Of a DNA stretch of 64,000 nt, positions 44,005-54,949 are shown piece by piece. Where the stretch lies: positions 2,356,578-2,420,577 of the forward strand of contig CP136572.1 in assembly GCA_035193785.1 (NCBI GenBank), written 5' to 3'. The DNA is from Planktothrix sp. GU0601_MAG3 (lineage in GTDB: Bacteria > Cyanobacteriota > Cyanobacteriia > Cyanobacteriales > Microcoleaceae). The notes under the pieces are model-generated. The model searched no databases and was not told where the DNA came from. It worked only from the letters and a program-made list of their open reading frames with translations. Positions within the stretch are counted from its first letter, which is position 1. Each line of letters opens with the position of its first letter. A program made the translations under genes and the position numbers.

Positions 44005-45159
44005 TTACTCTAAAATTATACCAGCATTTTCACTTTTAATGATAATTTTACGCTGGCGGTCGAACATTACCGAACCAACCTTGATATTTTTTTCACAATG
44101 GGTGTAAATATAGTTCTGGGATCGTTGATCAATTGTCTTTGCTATTTCTCCATATACCCGAATGACCCAATTTTCCCCTTTAATTGCATCTAATTCTCGC
44201 AAATATTGTAAAGCATCTTCAGCCGTTGAACAATTAAAAATTCTTTGTAGATCGAAGGTGGATAATCCTAAGTTAGCACAATAGGCAGTTAAAATTTCTA
44301 ATCGTCCATCGGCAATATGATGATGGGTATGGAAAATTCCTCCAGCTAATTTGATTAGTTTACCATGATAACCAAATAATAGGATTGATTTAACTTCCGC
44401 TAGGGCGGCACAGACTAACATCGGCCCTAACCAATTGGCAGTTTTAATCATTTGTTGGGGGGAAATCCCCATTCTTGCCGCTAATTCTAATCCATTTTCA
44501 CCAATACAAAATACCAAAGAATCAAATTTTTTGGCTTTTTCTTGGAGTTGAATTTTATATTGTTCTAATTGTTCGGGAACCGTTAAGGGTTGAGAAATTC
44601 CTGTGGTTCCCAGTAAAGATAATCCTTCAACTATTCCAAAAGCCGCGTTAGAGGTGCGGGTTGCTAGTCGTTTTCCTTGGGGTAAAATAAAGGTAATTAA
44701 AATAGATTTGTTAGGAGGTAATATTTTTTCAATATTGGCTAATAATAAAGTTTTAGCATAACGATAAATTGCTGTTTGTCCGGTCTTTTGATCATAGCCA
44801 ATTCCTTCTCCTCCCTTGATAAAAATAGTATCGGAAAGTTGATCGCCCCTAGCCCCCTGCTGGTAAGGGAGGGGTTCAGATGAACTATCCAACCATTCCA
44901 CCATCGCCCAAATCGGAGTATTTCGGGTTAAATCTAAGTTATCTCCAGGATCGGAACGAGTAATTGCTAAGGCAGAATTATCGGTTAAAATCGCTATTTG
45001 TTCAATAGGAATATTAGCGGTTTCCACCGGATCAATTAAATCAATAGATATCTGTTCAATAGACAGATTTATATTTTTTAAATATTCCAAAGCCGCCACC
45101 GCCGCCGCGCAGGCAAAAACCGGTAGAGTATATCCAGAACGAGGTTGATTTGTGGTCAT
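44005..45159 (-). CDS. cbiD: Cobalt-precorrin-5B C1-methyltransferase
   Basis: GYTLPVFACA, SDPGDNLDLT, RTSN.AFG.VEGLSLLGT, GYHGKLIKLAGG.FHTH. Confidence 0.92.
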   Translation of the reverse strand: MTTNQPRSGYTLPVFACAAAVAALEYLKNINLSIEQISIDLIDPVETANIPIEQIAILTDNSALAITRSDPGDNLDLTRNTPIWAMVEWLDSSSEPLPYQQGARGDQLSDTIFIKGGEGIGYDQKTGQTAIYRYAKTLLLANIEKILPPNKSILITFILPQGKRLATRTSNAAFGIVEGLSLLGTTGISQPLTVPEQLEQYKIQLQEKAKKFDSLVFCIGENGLELAARMGISPQQMIKTANWLGPMLVCAALAEVKSILLFGYHGKLIKLAGGIFHTHHHIADGRLEILTAYCANLGLSTFDLQRIFNCSTAEDALQYLRELDAIKGENWVIRVYGEIAKTIDQRSQNYIYTHCEKNIKVGSVMFDRQRKIIIKSENAGIILE

Positions 45160-45264
45160 ATTTTAGCGGTTAACTAGAGATATTAATATTTTAGACTATT
45201 TTGAGTAACTATCACCAGTAATCCGTTATCCTATAATTTAAACGAATTACCCTAGAAAACAATT

Positions 45265-46633
45265 ATGACTGACTTTAACTGGGATAACTTCTGTGCTGAA
45301 CTCTCAGCAATTGAAATGATTAAGGATCAAACCCAAGTTAAAAAACTATCCCAAGACTATTATCATTTTAGCCCAATTTTGCAACAGCAACTCCAGGATA
45401 AAATTGGAGATATTGTGGTATGTCCCGCAACGGAAGCCGAAATTTTGCTAGTGGCTAAAGTTTGTGTAAAATATAAAATTCCCCTCACGGTTTCGGGGGG
45501 CGGGAACGGGAAATTATGGACAGTGTATTCCCTTGGAAGGGGGGGTGATTTTAGATATCTCTAAATTGAATAATATTAAATGGATAAAACCCGGGTTAGC
45601 TTGTGTGGAACCGGGGGTAAAAATGGCAGCATTTGATAAACAAGCGAGGGAAATGGGCTGGGAATTACGCATGGTTCCTTCTACCTATCGAACCGCAACT
45701 ATTGGCGGATTTATTGAGGGAGGAAGCGGGGGAATTGGTTCGATTAATTATGGACAATTACGCGATCGCGGTAACTTACAAGCAGCACGAGTAGTAACTA
45801 TGGAAGATGAACCAAAAGTTATTCAATTAAGAGGAGATGAAGTACAAAAAGTCAATCATGCCTATGGGACAAATGGGATTATTATTGAGTTAGAAATACC
45901 CCTAGCACCCGCCTATCCTTGGACAGAAATAATTGTTACCTTTAATGATTTTATGACCTCGGCTCGATTTGGTCAAGATTTAGCTTTATCCGATGGCATA
46001 ATTAAAAAATTAATCTGCGTTTGTGCGTCTCCTATTCCCGCTTATTTTGGGGCTTTTAAAGATATAATTCCCGCCGGAAAACCCGCAGCTTTATTAATAG
46101 TATCGGAAACCAGTTTAGAACCTTTTCAAGAATTAGTTAAACAGTATAACGGTGAAATTTGTTATCAGAAATTATCCCAAGAAATGGGGAAAGGAACAAC
46201 AATAATAGAATATAGTTGGAACCATACTACCCTACACGCCCGCAGTGTTGATCCGTCTATTACCTATTTACAAACCCTCTTACCTGCGGATCGCAAATTA
46301 GAACTACTGGAACATCTCTATGATCATTTTGGGGATGAAGTTATGCAGCATTTAGAGTTTGTAAGACTACATGGAGAAATGCACCCCGCCTCCTTACAAT
46401 TAGTCCGATTTACCACGGAAGAAAGGTTAAATGAAATTATACGTTACCATGAAGAACGGGGCGCGGTAATTTTCAATCCCCATACCTATATTTTAGAGGA
46501 TGGAGGGATGAAAATGATTAACCTAGAACAATTACAATTTAAACAACAAGTTGACCCCTATGGGTTATTAAATCCAGGGAAAATGAAAGCTTGGTTAGAA
46601 ACGGGAAAAACATCTTTAACTAGCAACTCCTAG
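45265..46633 (+). CDS. FAD-binding (GlcD/VAO-type) oxidoreductase; apparent frameshift at ~45490
   Basis: Corrected VRGAGTGNYGQ, TIGGFI.GGSGG, DPYGLLNPGK. Confidence 0.85.
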
Positions 46634-46699
46634 AAATCGGGTTTCTCAATCAAAAATGTTAATTTTATCCCATAAATCAGGGCTAGAAACCCGATTTCT
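46632..46699. terminator. Long inverted repeat between convergent genes
   Basis: agaaatcgggtttct ... agaaacccgatttct. Confidence 0.5.
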
Positions 46700-46707
46700 G
46701 TTAGGAT

Positions 46708-47133
46708 TTATTCATCTTTAATTAAATCCAGTGCTTGCTTTAATATTTCTTCTTTGTTGGCTAATTTTTCTAATTCTTTAGCTTGATAAATTCCTTCCGA
46801 AACCTCTAAGGAAGCTTGATCAATAGCGTTGAGGTAAGCCTCTTCCAGAGTTTCTATTAACTCTTGATAATCGAGATAATATCCTCCAGATTTTCGGCGT
46901 TTGTTTTCCCGTTGAATTTCTCGAATTGAATTGCGAATTGAAACATCCCAAGACCGAGTTGTCCGTTTTTCAACTTGACGTTTAATTAAATGAATTAATA
47001 AAAATATAGAATAGCTACGAATGGTTTTAACAATATCTTTGCGACCCATTTCTTCCAATTCTTCAACAACAGCAAGGGAACCCGGAATATCCCCTTTTAA
47101 CAATAATTCCTTTAGGGTTAGGATTTCTTCCAT
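46708..47133 (-). CDS. DUF29-family protein
   Basis: EELEEMGR.D, LLIHLIK...TRSW..SI.N. Confidence 0.75.
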   Translation of the reverse strand: MEEILTLKELLLKGDIPGSLAVVEELEEMGRKDIVKTIRSYSIFLLIHLIKRQVEKRTTRSWDVSIRNSIREIQRENKRRKSGGYYLDYQELIETLEEAYLNAIDQASLEVSEGIYQAKELEKLANKEEILKQALDLIKDE

Positions 47134-47203
47134 AATATCTGGAATTGATTAGGGTTAGTTTTATTATAACACAAATTTTATTTTATAATAACTTAAATCC
47201 GAG

Positions 47204-48739
47204 TTAATCTCTATTACATGGAGAATTTTCTGTATTGGTTACATTTGTATTTGTTACATTTGTATTTGTTTCTTCTCTATTTTTTTCTTTTGAAATAATT
47301 TTTGTAATTTGCCAAGTAATAAAACCTGTGATCGCTCCTATTACAATACTTAATAAACTTAATAAAGATGCTAGAATCCAAGGATCAACGGGTTTTTCCA
47401 GATAGGATAGGGTTAGGGGTTTTTCAATATATGCTGAGGTGATAGATGAAGCAATACCTCCTACACCTAAACCAACGCCTAACGTTGAAATAGTAAGCTC
47501 TAAAGATTGATCGCGTTTTGCTTCTTCTTTTTCATTTTTGCTTAATTCTATGGCATTTTTTTGATCAATTTCCGCTTGTTCAATTTCAACTAAACCGCGA
47601 ATAGTATTGATTAGTTGTTCTAGTAAATCTTGACCAGGGGATAAATAATTGAGATTAATCTCAATTTGGGTTTGATATTGTTTACAGGTGCGATCGCCAA
47701 ACTCTTGCCAAAATTTCACCTGATCTTCTGGGGTTAAAATCTTTCTAAGACAAGTTTTATAATTTGTGATATTAGTAGAAAGGGAGGTAGAAAGGGTTTT
47801 TAAATCGCGTAAAGAACGGCTATAATTCAGCAGATCAATAGGAATAGAATTGAGCATTTCTTTAAAGGTTTCAAGGCGAGTTTCTGGTTTTGCGATCGCC
47901 TGAGAAAATTCCTCTATTTTTTTCTCAATTTGGACGTATTGTTTTCGCGCCGTTTGGTTTGCTTGTTCAGCTTTGTGATAGATATATAAAATCTTATGGC
48001 GACAGCAGAGGGAATGAATTATCCAGTCGGAAATTTTTCCCACCTGTTCAATTGTATCAGCTTGATGGTTATTAATTGAAATCAGAATTTGACAGTTTTT
48101 TGCTGGATTTTGAGGTTCAGTTAAATTGATTAATTTATATTGAAATATATGACTTTTAAACAGTTTTCCTTGATGACAAAAAACAAGTTGATATTCATCT
48201 GTTAACAGGTTATTAGCGCAAAGATCGGCAATGTCTTTACATTCTTTACCATCGGTTGCTTCCGCTTCTCCATAAAGCCAGATGGTTTGTCCTAATGAAC
48301 CTTGAATGGAATTTGGTAATAAATGATTGAGTTCAAAATAGGTTAGATTTGTAGTATCAATGGAGGTAGAGAATGGTTCACAAAACAGCGTTAGATCGAC
48401 GGCGTAGGTATCGTTAAAACGGAATGGTTGAACATTTCCTCCTAGGGAAAATTGATCCTTTTTAATCGGATTAAACTCAATAATACCAGACCTTGCTAAA
48501 GATTCGGTTTGTTGTCCGTTTTCATTTTGGGGGATATAATTATTCCCCGCTTCGTCATAACAAATCAATTTTGTGCGTAATTCTTTTAATTCTGAAAAGG
48601 GTAAAAACTCACTCAGCTTGATTAAATTTTCCCACAATAAATTTGCATCTTTGTCAACTTGATCAGGCGCATTAGTCAAGGTATGGCGAAGATGAAAACT
48701 ATAGAGAGTTACGGTGAAATTTTTTAGGGAATTGTTCAC
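47204..48739 (-). CDS. Protein with a long coiled coil and two C-terminal TM helices (CorA-like architecture), third gene of the CHAT operon
   Basis: 511 aa, 4-nt overlap with the upstream gene, hydrophobic segments LTISTLGVGLGVGGIASSI and WILASLLSLLSIVIGAITGFI. Confidence 0.65.
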   Translation of the reverse strand: MNNSLKNFTVTLYSFHLRHTLTNAPDQVDKDANLLWENLIKLSEFLPFSELKELRTKLICYDEAGNNYIPQNENGQQTESLARSGIIEFNPIKKDQFSLGGNVQPFRFNDTYAVDLTLFCEPFSTSIDTTNLTYFELNHLLPNSIQGSLGQTIWLYGEAEATDGKECKDIADLCANNLLTDEYQLVFCHQGKLFKSHIFQYKLINLTEPQNPAKNCQILISINNHQADTIEQVGKISDWIIHSLCCRHKILYIYHKAEQANQTARKQYVQIEKKIEEFSQAIAKPETRLETFKEMLNSIPIDLLNYSRSLRDLKTLSTSLSTNITNYKTCLRKILTPEDQVKFWQEFGDRTCKQYQTQIEINLNYLSPGQDLLEQLINTIRGLVEIEQAEIDQKNAIELSKNEKEEAKRDQSLELTISTLGVGLGVGGIASSITSAYIEKPLTLSYLEKPVDPWILASLLSLLSIVIGAITGFITWQITKIISKEKNREETNTNVTNTNVTNTENSPCNRD

Positions 48740-49134
48740 GGTTGGGGGTTAGAATCTTGGGGATTTTTGGGTTTTGAGGAAGTTTCAGGGGGGACAATAG
48801 GGATAGAAAGTTTAATAATCGAGTTAATTAGTAGTTGGGAAGATGGGGTACTATTTGGATCTAGCGGACTTGAATATTTAGGATTACCAATAGCTAGATT
48901 TAGGTTTAAATTTAGTGAGGGTGAGGTTTCTTTGAGTCGCTGACGGTATTCCTGGTAAATCTGCTGACGACTTTCTAACTTTAACCACGCCTCAATCTTG
49001 TCAACAATATCTTCCTCATCGGTAGGAATATTATTAACCCACTGCTGTAAATCTTGCCAATCTGCAAGAGAGATTGAGTTGGGTTTTTCTATTAATTCAA
49101 TAAACACTAAAACACTATTTCGACAAACTGACAT
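48736..49134 (-). CDS. Small CHAT-associated protein
   Basis: 132 aa, starts 3 nt after the CHAT gene stop, low-complexity C-terminal half. Confidence 0.65.
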   Translation of the reverse strand: MSVCRNSVLVFIELIEKPNSISLADWQDLQQWVNNIPTDEEDIVDKIEAWLKLESRQQIYQEYRQRLKETSPSLNLNLNLAIGNPKYSSPLDPNSTPSSQLLINSIIKLSIPIVPPETSSKPKNPQDSNPQP

Positions 49135-49137
49135 GGG

Positions 49138-52012
49138 TTACACTCCTTTACCAATTGCACAAAACGCCGCCCAATAATAGGGAGATTCAAAGGGTTGAAA
49201 CCTTGCCGATTTTTGGATTTCCTGTTCTTGGAAATATCTCTTTAATTGCCCCTGCCAAGCATCACTCAGGCGCGTGGTGGGTAGCCAGGTTTGAAACCCC
49301 TGAACGGTGGTATCCCTGAGCCAACATTGGGCAGTCTTGAGGGCTAATCCTATATTACCAAGGTTTTCAAGTTCTTGGTAGAATTTTAGCATTAAGATGG
49401 CCGTAGCAATAGCATTCACTGACCACAAACTACTGACAATATTCGTGGCCCCCGCTAAAATAAAGCCACTGGGTAAACCAATATACTCATCGCTGTTTTT
49501 GCTGAAGTCTGTTAACCCGGTTTCGCAGGCGGAAAGGGTGACGAGGCGACAGTTTTTTAACTCAAAATAGCGGATAATATCATCTAAGGTAAGGACAACC
49601 TCATCGGCTAATTCCAAACCTGAATCTAAGGGATTATTGGGATCAAACTTCCCATGACAGAAGAAAAAAGCACAGTGACTATTCCGCAATTTTTCATTGA
49701 TACTAACATTTTTTGTAGTGGCATCAATGTGTAAAATATCTGATTTTTTGGCTCCATCGTTTTTCAGAATATCCGATTGGAGAAATTGTTGTTTAATGGC
49801 ATTTACTGAACCTAAATCCAAATCTTTTAAATTTGGGTTCGGGGTTTGAACTGCAAATAAGTGATCAAATTCCGTGCAGTTTTGCTCTTGCACTTCCTTT
49901 AATAGTTGGTTACTGGGAGTATAGCGAACTCCTTGGGAAAAACAATCAAGAACAGTCGGATGGGGGGGAATGGGGTTGCCCTGGGGATGGAATTTTAACC
50001 AAGTTTCTGTGCTGACGGGTAAAGTATGGAGGGGGAACAGATGCAAATAGCGATGGGGAATCAGAATTAATTGATTAATTGATTTAGGAAGTTCTGAGAA
50101 TTTCCCTAAAATTTGATCAATCTGTAAAATCTTGGCTAAATCTTGCAGACGAGATGGGAGGCTATTTTGCCATTGTTCTTGTAATGCTTCTTCTTCTGAT
50201 TCGGTTTTTGCTTGCTCAGAGGCATAATAGGCGTTTAAATATTCATCTCTCCAATTTTGTAATTGTTCTAAATCGGTGGTAGTAAAAGTATAAATCAGGG
50301 GTTGGGAACGGTGACGGGTGATGATAAAGGCGCGAAAACAATCCCCGAAAATATACCATTGAAGAATAGCTGTGTGATCATCAATTAAATCTTGAATTTC
50401 TCCATATTGAATCGGTTTAAAAGGATACAGTTGATCGTAGCGTTGACGCAGTTCGTTAATTAGGGTGTAGTCCGGTTGGGAAGCAGCGGTTTGACGACGA
50501 TCTTCGTAATCAATTTCTTGCCGTAATCGTTCCAATTCGCTACGCACAACATCAGGAATTTTGCCCTTGGGATACAAGTCCCGAATCGCTAAAACTTCCA
50601 CCAGATTTTGGGCTTTGCTGCGTTCCACATATTCAATCGCTTTTTCATAGTGTTTCAGTTCGATGCAAACTTCTACCATCCTCCGATAAAGTTCATTCCA
50701 CTCCTCCGCTAATTTCTGTTTCGCTTCCTCCCCCGAAAAAATTTGACTGCGGAGAGTTTCTACCGTGTTGATGGCATCGGCAAAAGTGTCATAAGCTAAC
50801 TGCCATTGTTGACTGTCTTGATAAACCAGTCCTAAGTTAAAGGCGGTTTTCGCATGATCTTGGGGAAAAGCCTTGCGGGTATAAACAGACAATGCCTCGG
50901 TGTAACAAGCGATCGCCGTTTCAATATTCTGGGCTGTTTCCCCTTCGATGCGAACCTGGTAGGCAATACCGAGATTCATTTGTGTCCCCGCCCAATATTG
51001 GGGAAAAGCCTTGCGGGTATAAACAGACAATGCCTGGGTGTAACAAGCGATCGCGGTTTCAATATTCTGGGCTGTTTCCCCTTGGATGCGAACCTCGTAG
51101 GCACTACCGAGATTCATTTGTGTCCTAGCCCAATATTGGGGAAAAGCCTTGCGGGTTCTAACAGACAATGCCTCGGTGTAACAAGCGATGGCAGTTTCAA
51201 GATTCTGGGCTTTTTCTCCTTGGATGCGAACCTGGTAGGCATTACCGAGATTCATTTGTGTCCTCGCCCATTCTTGGGGAAAAGCCTTGCGGGTATAAAC
51301 AGACAATGCCTGGGTGTAACAAGCGATCGCGGTTTCAATATTCTGGGCTGTTTCCCCTTGGATGCGAAACCTGGTAGGCAATACCGAGATTCATTTGTGT
51401 CAGCGCCCAATCTTGGGGAAAAGCCTTGCGGGTATAAACAGACAATGCCTCGGTGTAACAAGTGATCGCATTTTCAATATTCTGGGCTGTTTCCCCTTGG
51501 ATACGACTCCTGTAGGCAATACCGAGATTCATTTGTGTCTTCGCCCAATTTTGGGGAAAATCCTTGGGGGTAAAAACAGACAATGCCTGGGTGTAACAAG
51601 CGATCGCTTTTTCAAGATTCTCGGCTTTTTCCCCTTGGATGCGATCGCTGTAGTTAATTCCTAAATTGTTTTGAATCATTGCCCAGCTTTGGGCGTAACT
51701 TTCCCTTGTGCAAACAGTTAAGGCTAATTTTAAACAAGTAATCGCAATTTCTATATTCAGGGCGCGGTTGCCCAGAGGAAACCCGGAAATTATAAGATTG
51801 AATGAATATAAAAGTGATGAAATTTGATAGGATTTGTCGGCGTCGGCGTCTTGCAGTTGTTCTGTTGCCCATTCTTGCAAGGTGAGAATAAAGGTTTGAT
51901 CTAATTGATCGCTATTTTCTAGGAGTAAGGGATAGACCGCTTCAGGATTCTTTTTATTTTTGGCAACTGCTTTTAGTATTTTGATTAATAGTTGTAAGTA
52001 GGCGTCGTTCAT
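49138..52012 (-). CDS. TPR-repeat + CHAT (caspase-like) protease; apparent frameshift at ~51366
   Basis: About six 46-aa repeats, then FCHG and LSACETG dyad motifs, SSLWSV, SPYYWAAF. Confidence 0.9.
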
Positions 52013-52148
52013 GGTGAGGGCGGTTTGGGGTTGGGTCTGGCTGTTATTGATGATTATAGTAGATTTAAGTTGGAAAGGAACCACAAAGACACGAAGACAC
52101 GAAGGAAGGGAGAAGGATGATTAAGGGGGTATGGGTATTGTTATTCGT

Positions 52149-52299
52149 GTTAACTTAAGGCTAAAAGCCTTGAAATAAATTTCAGGCTCAAAGCTCAAAC
52201 CCGTTAAAACGGGTTAAGAAAAACCAGTTTTGAGTCATCTTTAGATGACTTTAGCTCTTAGCCCGAAATTTATTTCCGGGCTTTTGGCGTTAAGTTGAC
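52149..52299. mobile_element. Palindromic MITE/REPIN-like element (151 bp)
   Basis: Termini gttaacttaa/ttaagttgac and four internal hairpins arranged symmetrically. Confidence 0.6.
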
Positions 52300-52386
52300 G
52301 GACTTTGGGATATTGTTCCCCCAACCCACCAAACCCGGTTTCTCTATTTTCCACTCCCAGTTGAATTGGATATAATTAAAAAATCT

Positions 52387-52788
52387 CTAAAAAGTTGAAT
52401 TTGAAGAATTTATCTGCTTAGAAACTATTTTTAAAATCTCCTCAACCCCCACTGGTTGATAGGGAAATACAGAATCTTCTGCACCATCATGTAAGTGATG
52501 AGGATAAGTTTCTATCTCAGGATGATGAGCCGCATTATCCCAACGTTTAATTAACTGTCTATCATCTTTTTGCCAATGAAAACTATACTTAATTATTTTT
52601 ACTTGTTCTGATTGAATTTCAAAAAATTCAAACATTTCTAAAAAACTATGATCTTTTAAAGTTAGTCGGTATCGCCATAGTCCTTTAGTGACTTGTACTT
52701 CTTCTCTGAGGATGGTGAAATCTATTACTTCTGGACAAAGAGCAATTAACGATTTTATCAAAGCTAAATAATCTTCAGCATTGATCAT
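52387..52788 (-). CDS. DUF6516/TumE-like toxin
   Basis: YSFHWQ..RWDNAAHHPEIETYPHHLH. 4-nt overlap with the upstream small gene. Confidence 0.7.
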   Translation of the reverse strand: MINAEDYLALIKSLIALCPEVIDFTILREEVQVTKGLWRYRLTLKDHSFLEMFEFFEIQSEQVKIIKYSFHWQKDDRQLIKRWDNAAHHPEIETYPHHLHDGAEDSVFPYQPVGVEEILKIVSKQINSSNSTF

Positions 52789-53084
52789 AAGGCTTTCTCT
52801 AAATTACCAATTTTGACTAAAATATCTTGACGCAATTGACACAAACTAAACCACTCAAAAAAATCCATCTCATCTCCTAATATTCCCGCCTCAAATTGTT
52901 GTATAAATTGCTCAGAATCCAGTTTATAGGTTTGCTCAAATTTGCTAATATCCTGATTATAAATTGCTAACTTCTGCTGATGACGAGTCAAAATAATGCT
53001 GAGAAGTTGCCCAATAATTCGATCTAATTCTGTGCGATCGCTACAATTTTCACTGAGGAGTTCTAATTTTTCTAATGTATTCAT
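52785..53084 (-). CDS. Putative cognate antitoxin (TumA-like)
   Basis: FEQTYKLDSEQF..FEAG.LGD.MDFFEW, translationally coupled to the toxin-like gene. Confidence 0.65.
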   Translation of the reverse strand: MNTLEKLELLSENCSDRTELDRIIGQLLSIILTRHQQKLAIYNQDISKFEQTYKLDSEQFIQQFEAGILGDEMDFFEWFSLCQLRQDILVKIGNLEKAL

Positions 53085-53489
53085 AATCACCCCTATCAAT
53101 GACTAGACTTGATTAATATTAACTCCAGTATACAACAGGTTCAGATAAAGTTTCTAAATGCTCTAATTTATCTAAAATAAGCCCTTTGATTGCGTTCATA
53201 ACCTGAACCTTGTATCAACACATTTACATTTTAACAGGACAACCTCTTAAAGTCCCCCAAAATTGGGGGATTTAGGGGGCAAATATTGCTGCTTTAGAAA
53301 TCTGTTCTAAACAGTATACACTTCAAGCTATCTAGCCCCCTAGCCCCCAACATTGGGGGGAAAATAAATAATTAGGACTTTTTAGGGCGATTGCTATTAT
53401 CATTGGTATGCGATCGCCTATTTTTGACAAGCTATATATAGCCTGCTTGCGTAAGTCCTGAATCTGTGTTGGTTTAACTGCTTAACAGC

Positions 53490-54866
53490 TTATTGCATTA
53501 GAATTTTTTTGATTAACCATTCTTTGCCTTTATAGGGTGCATAACGTAGGGGTAAATCTAATAAAAATGTTTGTTTTAATACACTGCGATAATGGGAAAA
53601 TCGATCAAAAGTTGTTTTTCCATGGTAACTGCCGATCCCACTTTCTCCTACACCGCCAAAGGGTAAAGATTTTCCCCCAATTTGTAATACTGTGTCATTA
53701 AAACAGAGGGTTCCTGATGAGGTTTCTTTTAAAATTCGGTTTTGTTTATCCTTATCCCTAGAAAATAAATATAATGCTAAAGGTTTAGGACGACTGTTAA
53801 TTTTGGCGATCGCTTCTCCTAAATTCTGATATTCTAAAATTGGTAAAATCGGCCCAAAAATTTCTTCCTGCATGATATAATCATCCCAGGAAATATTATC
53901 AATTAAAGTCGGAGCAATATATCGAGTTTCGGGATTAGTTTCGCCTCCGGTAATAATATTACCCGCTTTTAAAAATTCCTGTAATCGGTTAAAATGAAAT
54001 TGATTAATAATCCGCGAATAATCGGGACTGGTTTCGGGGTTATCTCCCAAAAAAGTTTTAATCCATTTCTGTAATGTTAGGATTAATTCTGATTTAATTT
54101 TAGTATTGACTAATAAATAATCGGGGGCGATACAGGTTTGACCAGAATTAATTAATTTACCCCAAATAATTCGTTTTGCGGTATAATCTAATTGAATATC
54201 ATCCTCGACAATACAGGGGCTTTTTCCTCCCAACTCTAAGGTAACTGGGGTTAAATGTTTAGCCGCCGCTTCCATGACAATTTGCCCGACTTTTTGCCCC
54301 CCGGTAAAGAAAATATGATCAAACTTTTCCGCTAATAATTCTTGACTGGTTTCTATGCCGCCTTCAATTACGGTAATATATTCAGAATCAAAAGTTTTAC
54401 TAATAATATCACTAATAATTTTAGAGGTATTTACAGCAATTTCCGAAGGCTTTAAAATCGCACAATTCCCCGCCGCGATCGCTCCAATTAAAGGCGAAAT
54501 CAACAGTTGAAAGGGATAATTCCAAGGGCCAATAATTAGGATAATTCCCAAGGGTTGGGGATAAATAAAGGTTGAGGCGGGAAGTTGACCCAAGGAGGCG
54601 GGGATTTTTTGGGGTTTCACCCAGGATTTCAGGTGTTTAATGGCATAATTGAGTTCAGCAACCGGGGAAAATTCAAAATAGGATTCCAGATCGGGACGGC
54701 CTAAATCCGCTTTTATGGCGTTAATAATCGCTGTTTCATGGAATGCGATCGCCTGTTTCAGACCCTGAAGTTGGGTGAGGCGAAACTGGATATCCTGGGT
54801 TTGTCCCGTGGCAAAAAAGTCTCGCTGTTGCTGGATTAAATGTTGAATTGCTGTTTTTTTACTCAT
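53490..54866 (-). CDS. Aldehyde dehydrogenase (ALDH3-like)
   Basis: PWNYP, LELGGKSP, GQTCIAPD, EEIFGP, PFGGVGESG. Confidence 0.92.
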   Translation of the reverse strand: MSKKTAIQHLIQQQRDFFATGQTQDIQFRLTQLQGLKQAIAFHETAIINAIKADLGRPDLESYFEFSPVAELNYAIKHLKSWVKPQKIPASLGQLPASTFIYPQPLGIILIIGPWNYPFQLLISPLIGAIAAGNCAILKPSEIAVNTSKIISDIISKTFDSEYITVIEGGIETSQELLAEKFDHIFFTGGQKVGQIVMEAAAKHLTPVTLELGGKSPCIVEDDIQLDYTAKRIIWGKLINSGQTCIAPDYLLVNTKIKSELILTLQKWIKTFLGDNPETSPDYSRIINQFHFNRLQEFLKAGNIITGGETNPETRYIAPTLIDNISWDDYIMQEEIFGPILPILEYQNLGEAIAKINSRPKPLALYLFSRDKDKQNRILKETSSGTLCFNDTVLQIGGKSLPFGGVGESGIGSYHGKTTFDRFSHYRSVLKQTFLLDLPLRYAPYKGKEWLIKKILMQ

Positions 54867-54949
54867 TTTTGCTTTTCCAAAATTCCCTGATCCCCTTTTA
54901 TGGTACAACTTAATCTAGTAAAGTTATTGCAACTGAGGTCAAGCTGAGA

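Noticed and set aside
50854..51664. Plus-strand repeat ORFs
   Set aside because: They are antisense shadows of the 138-bp repeats in the CHAT gene.
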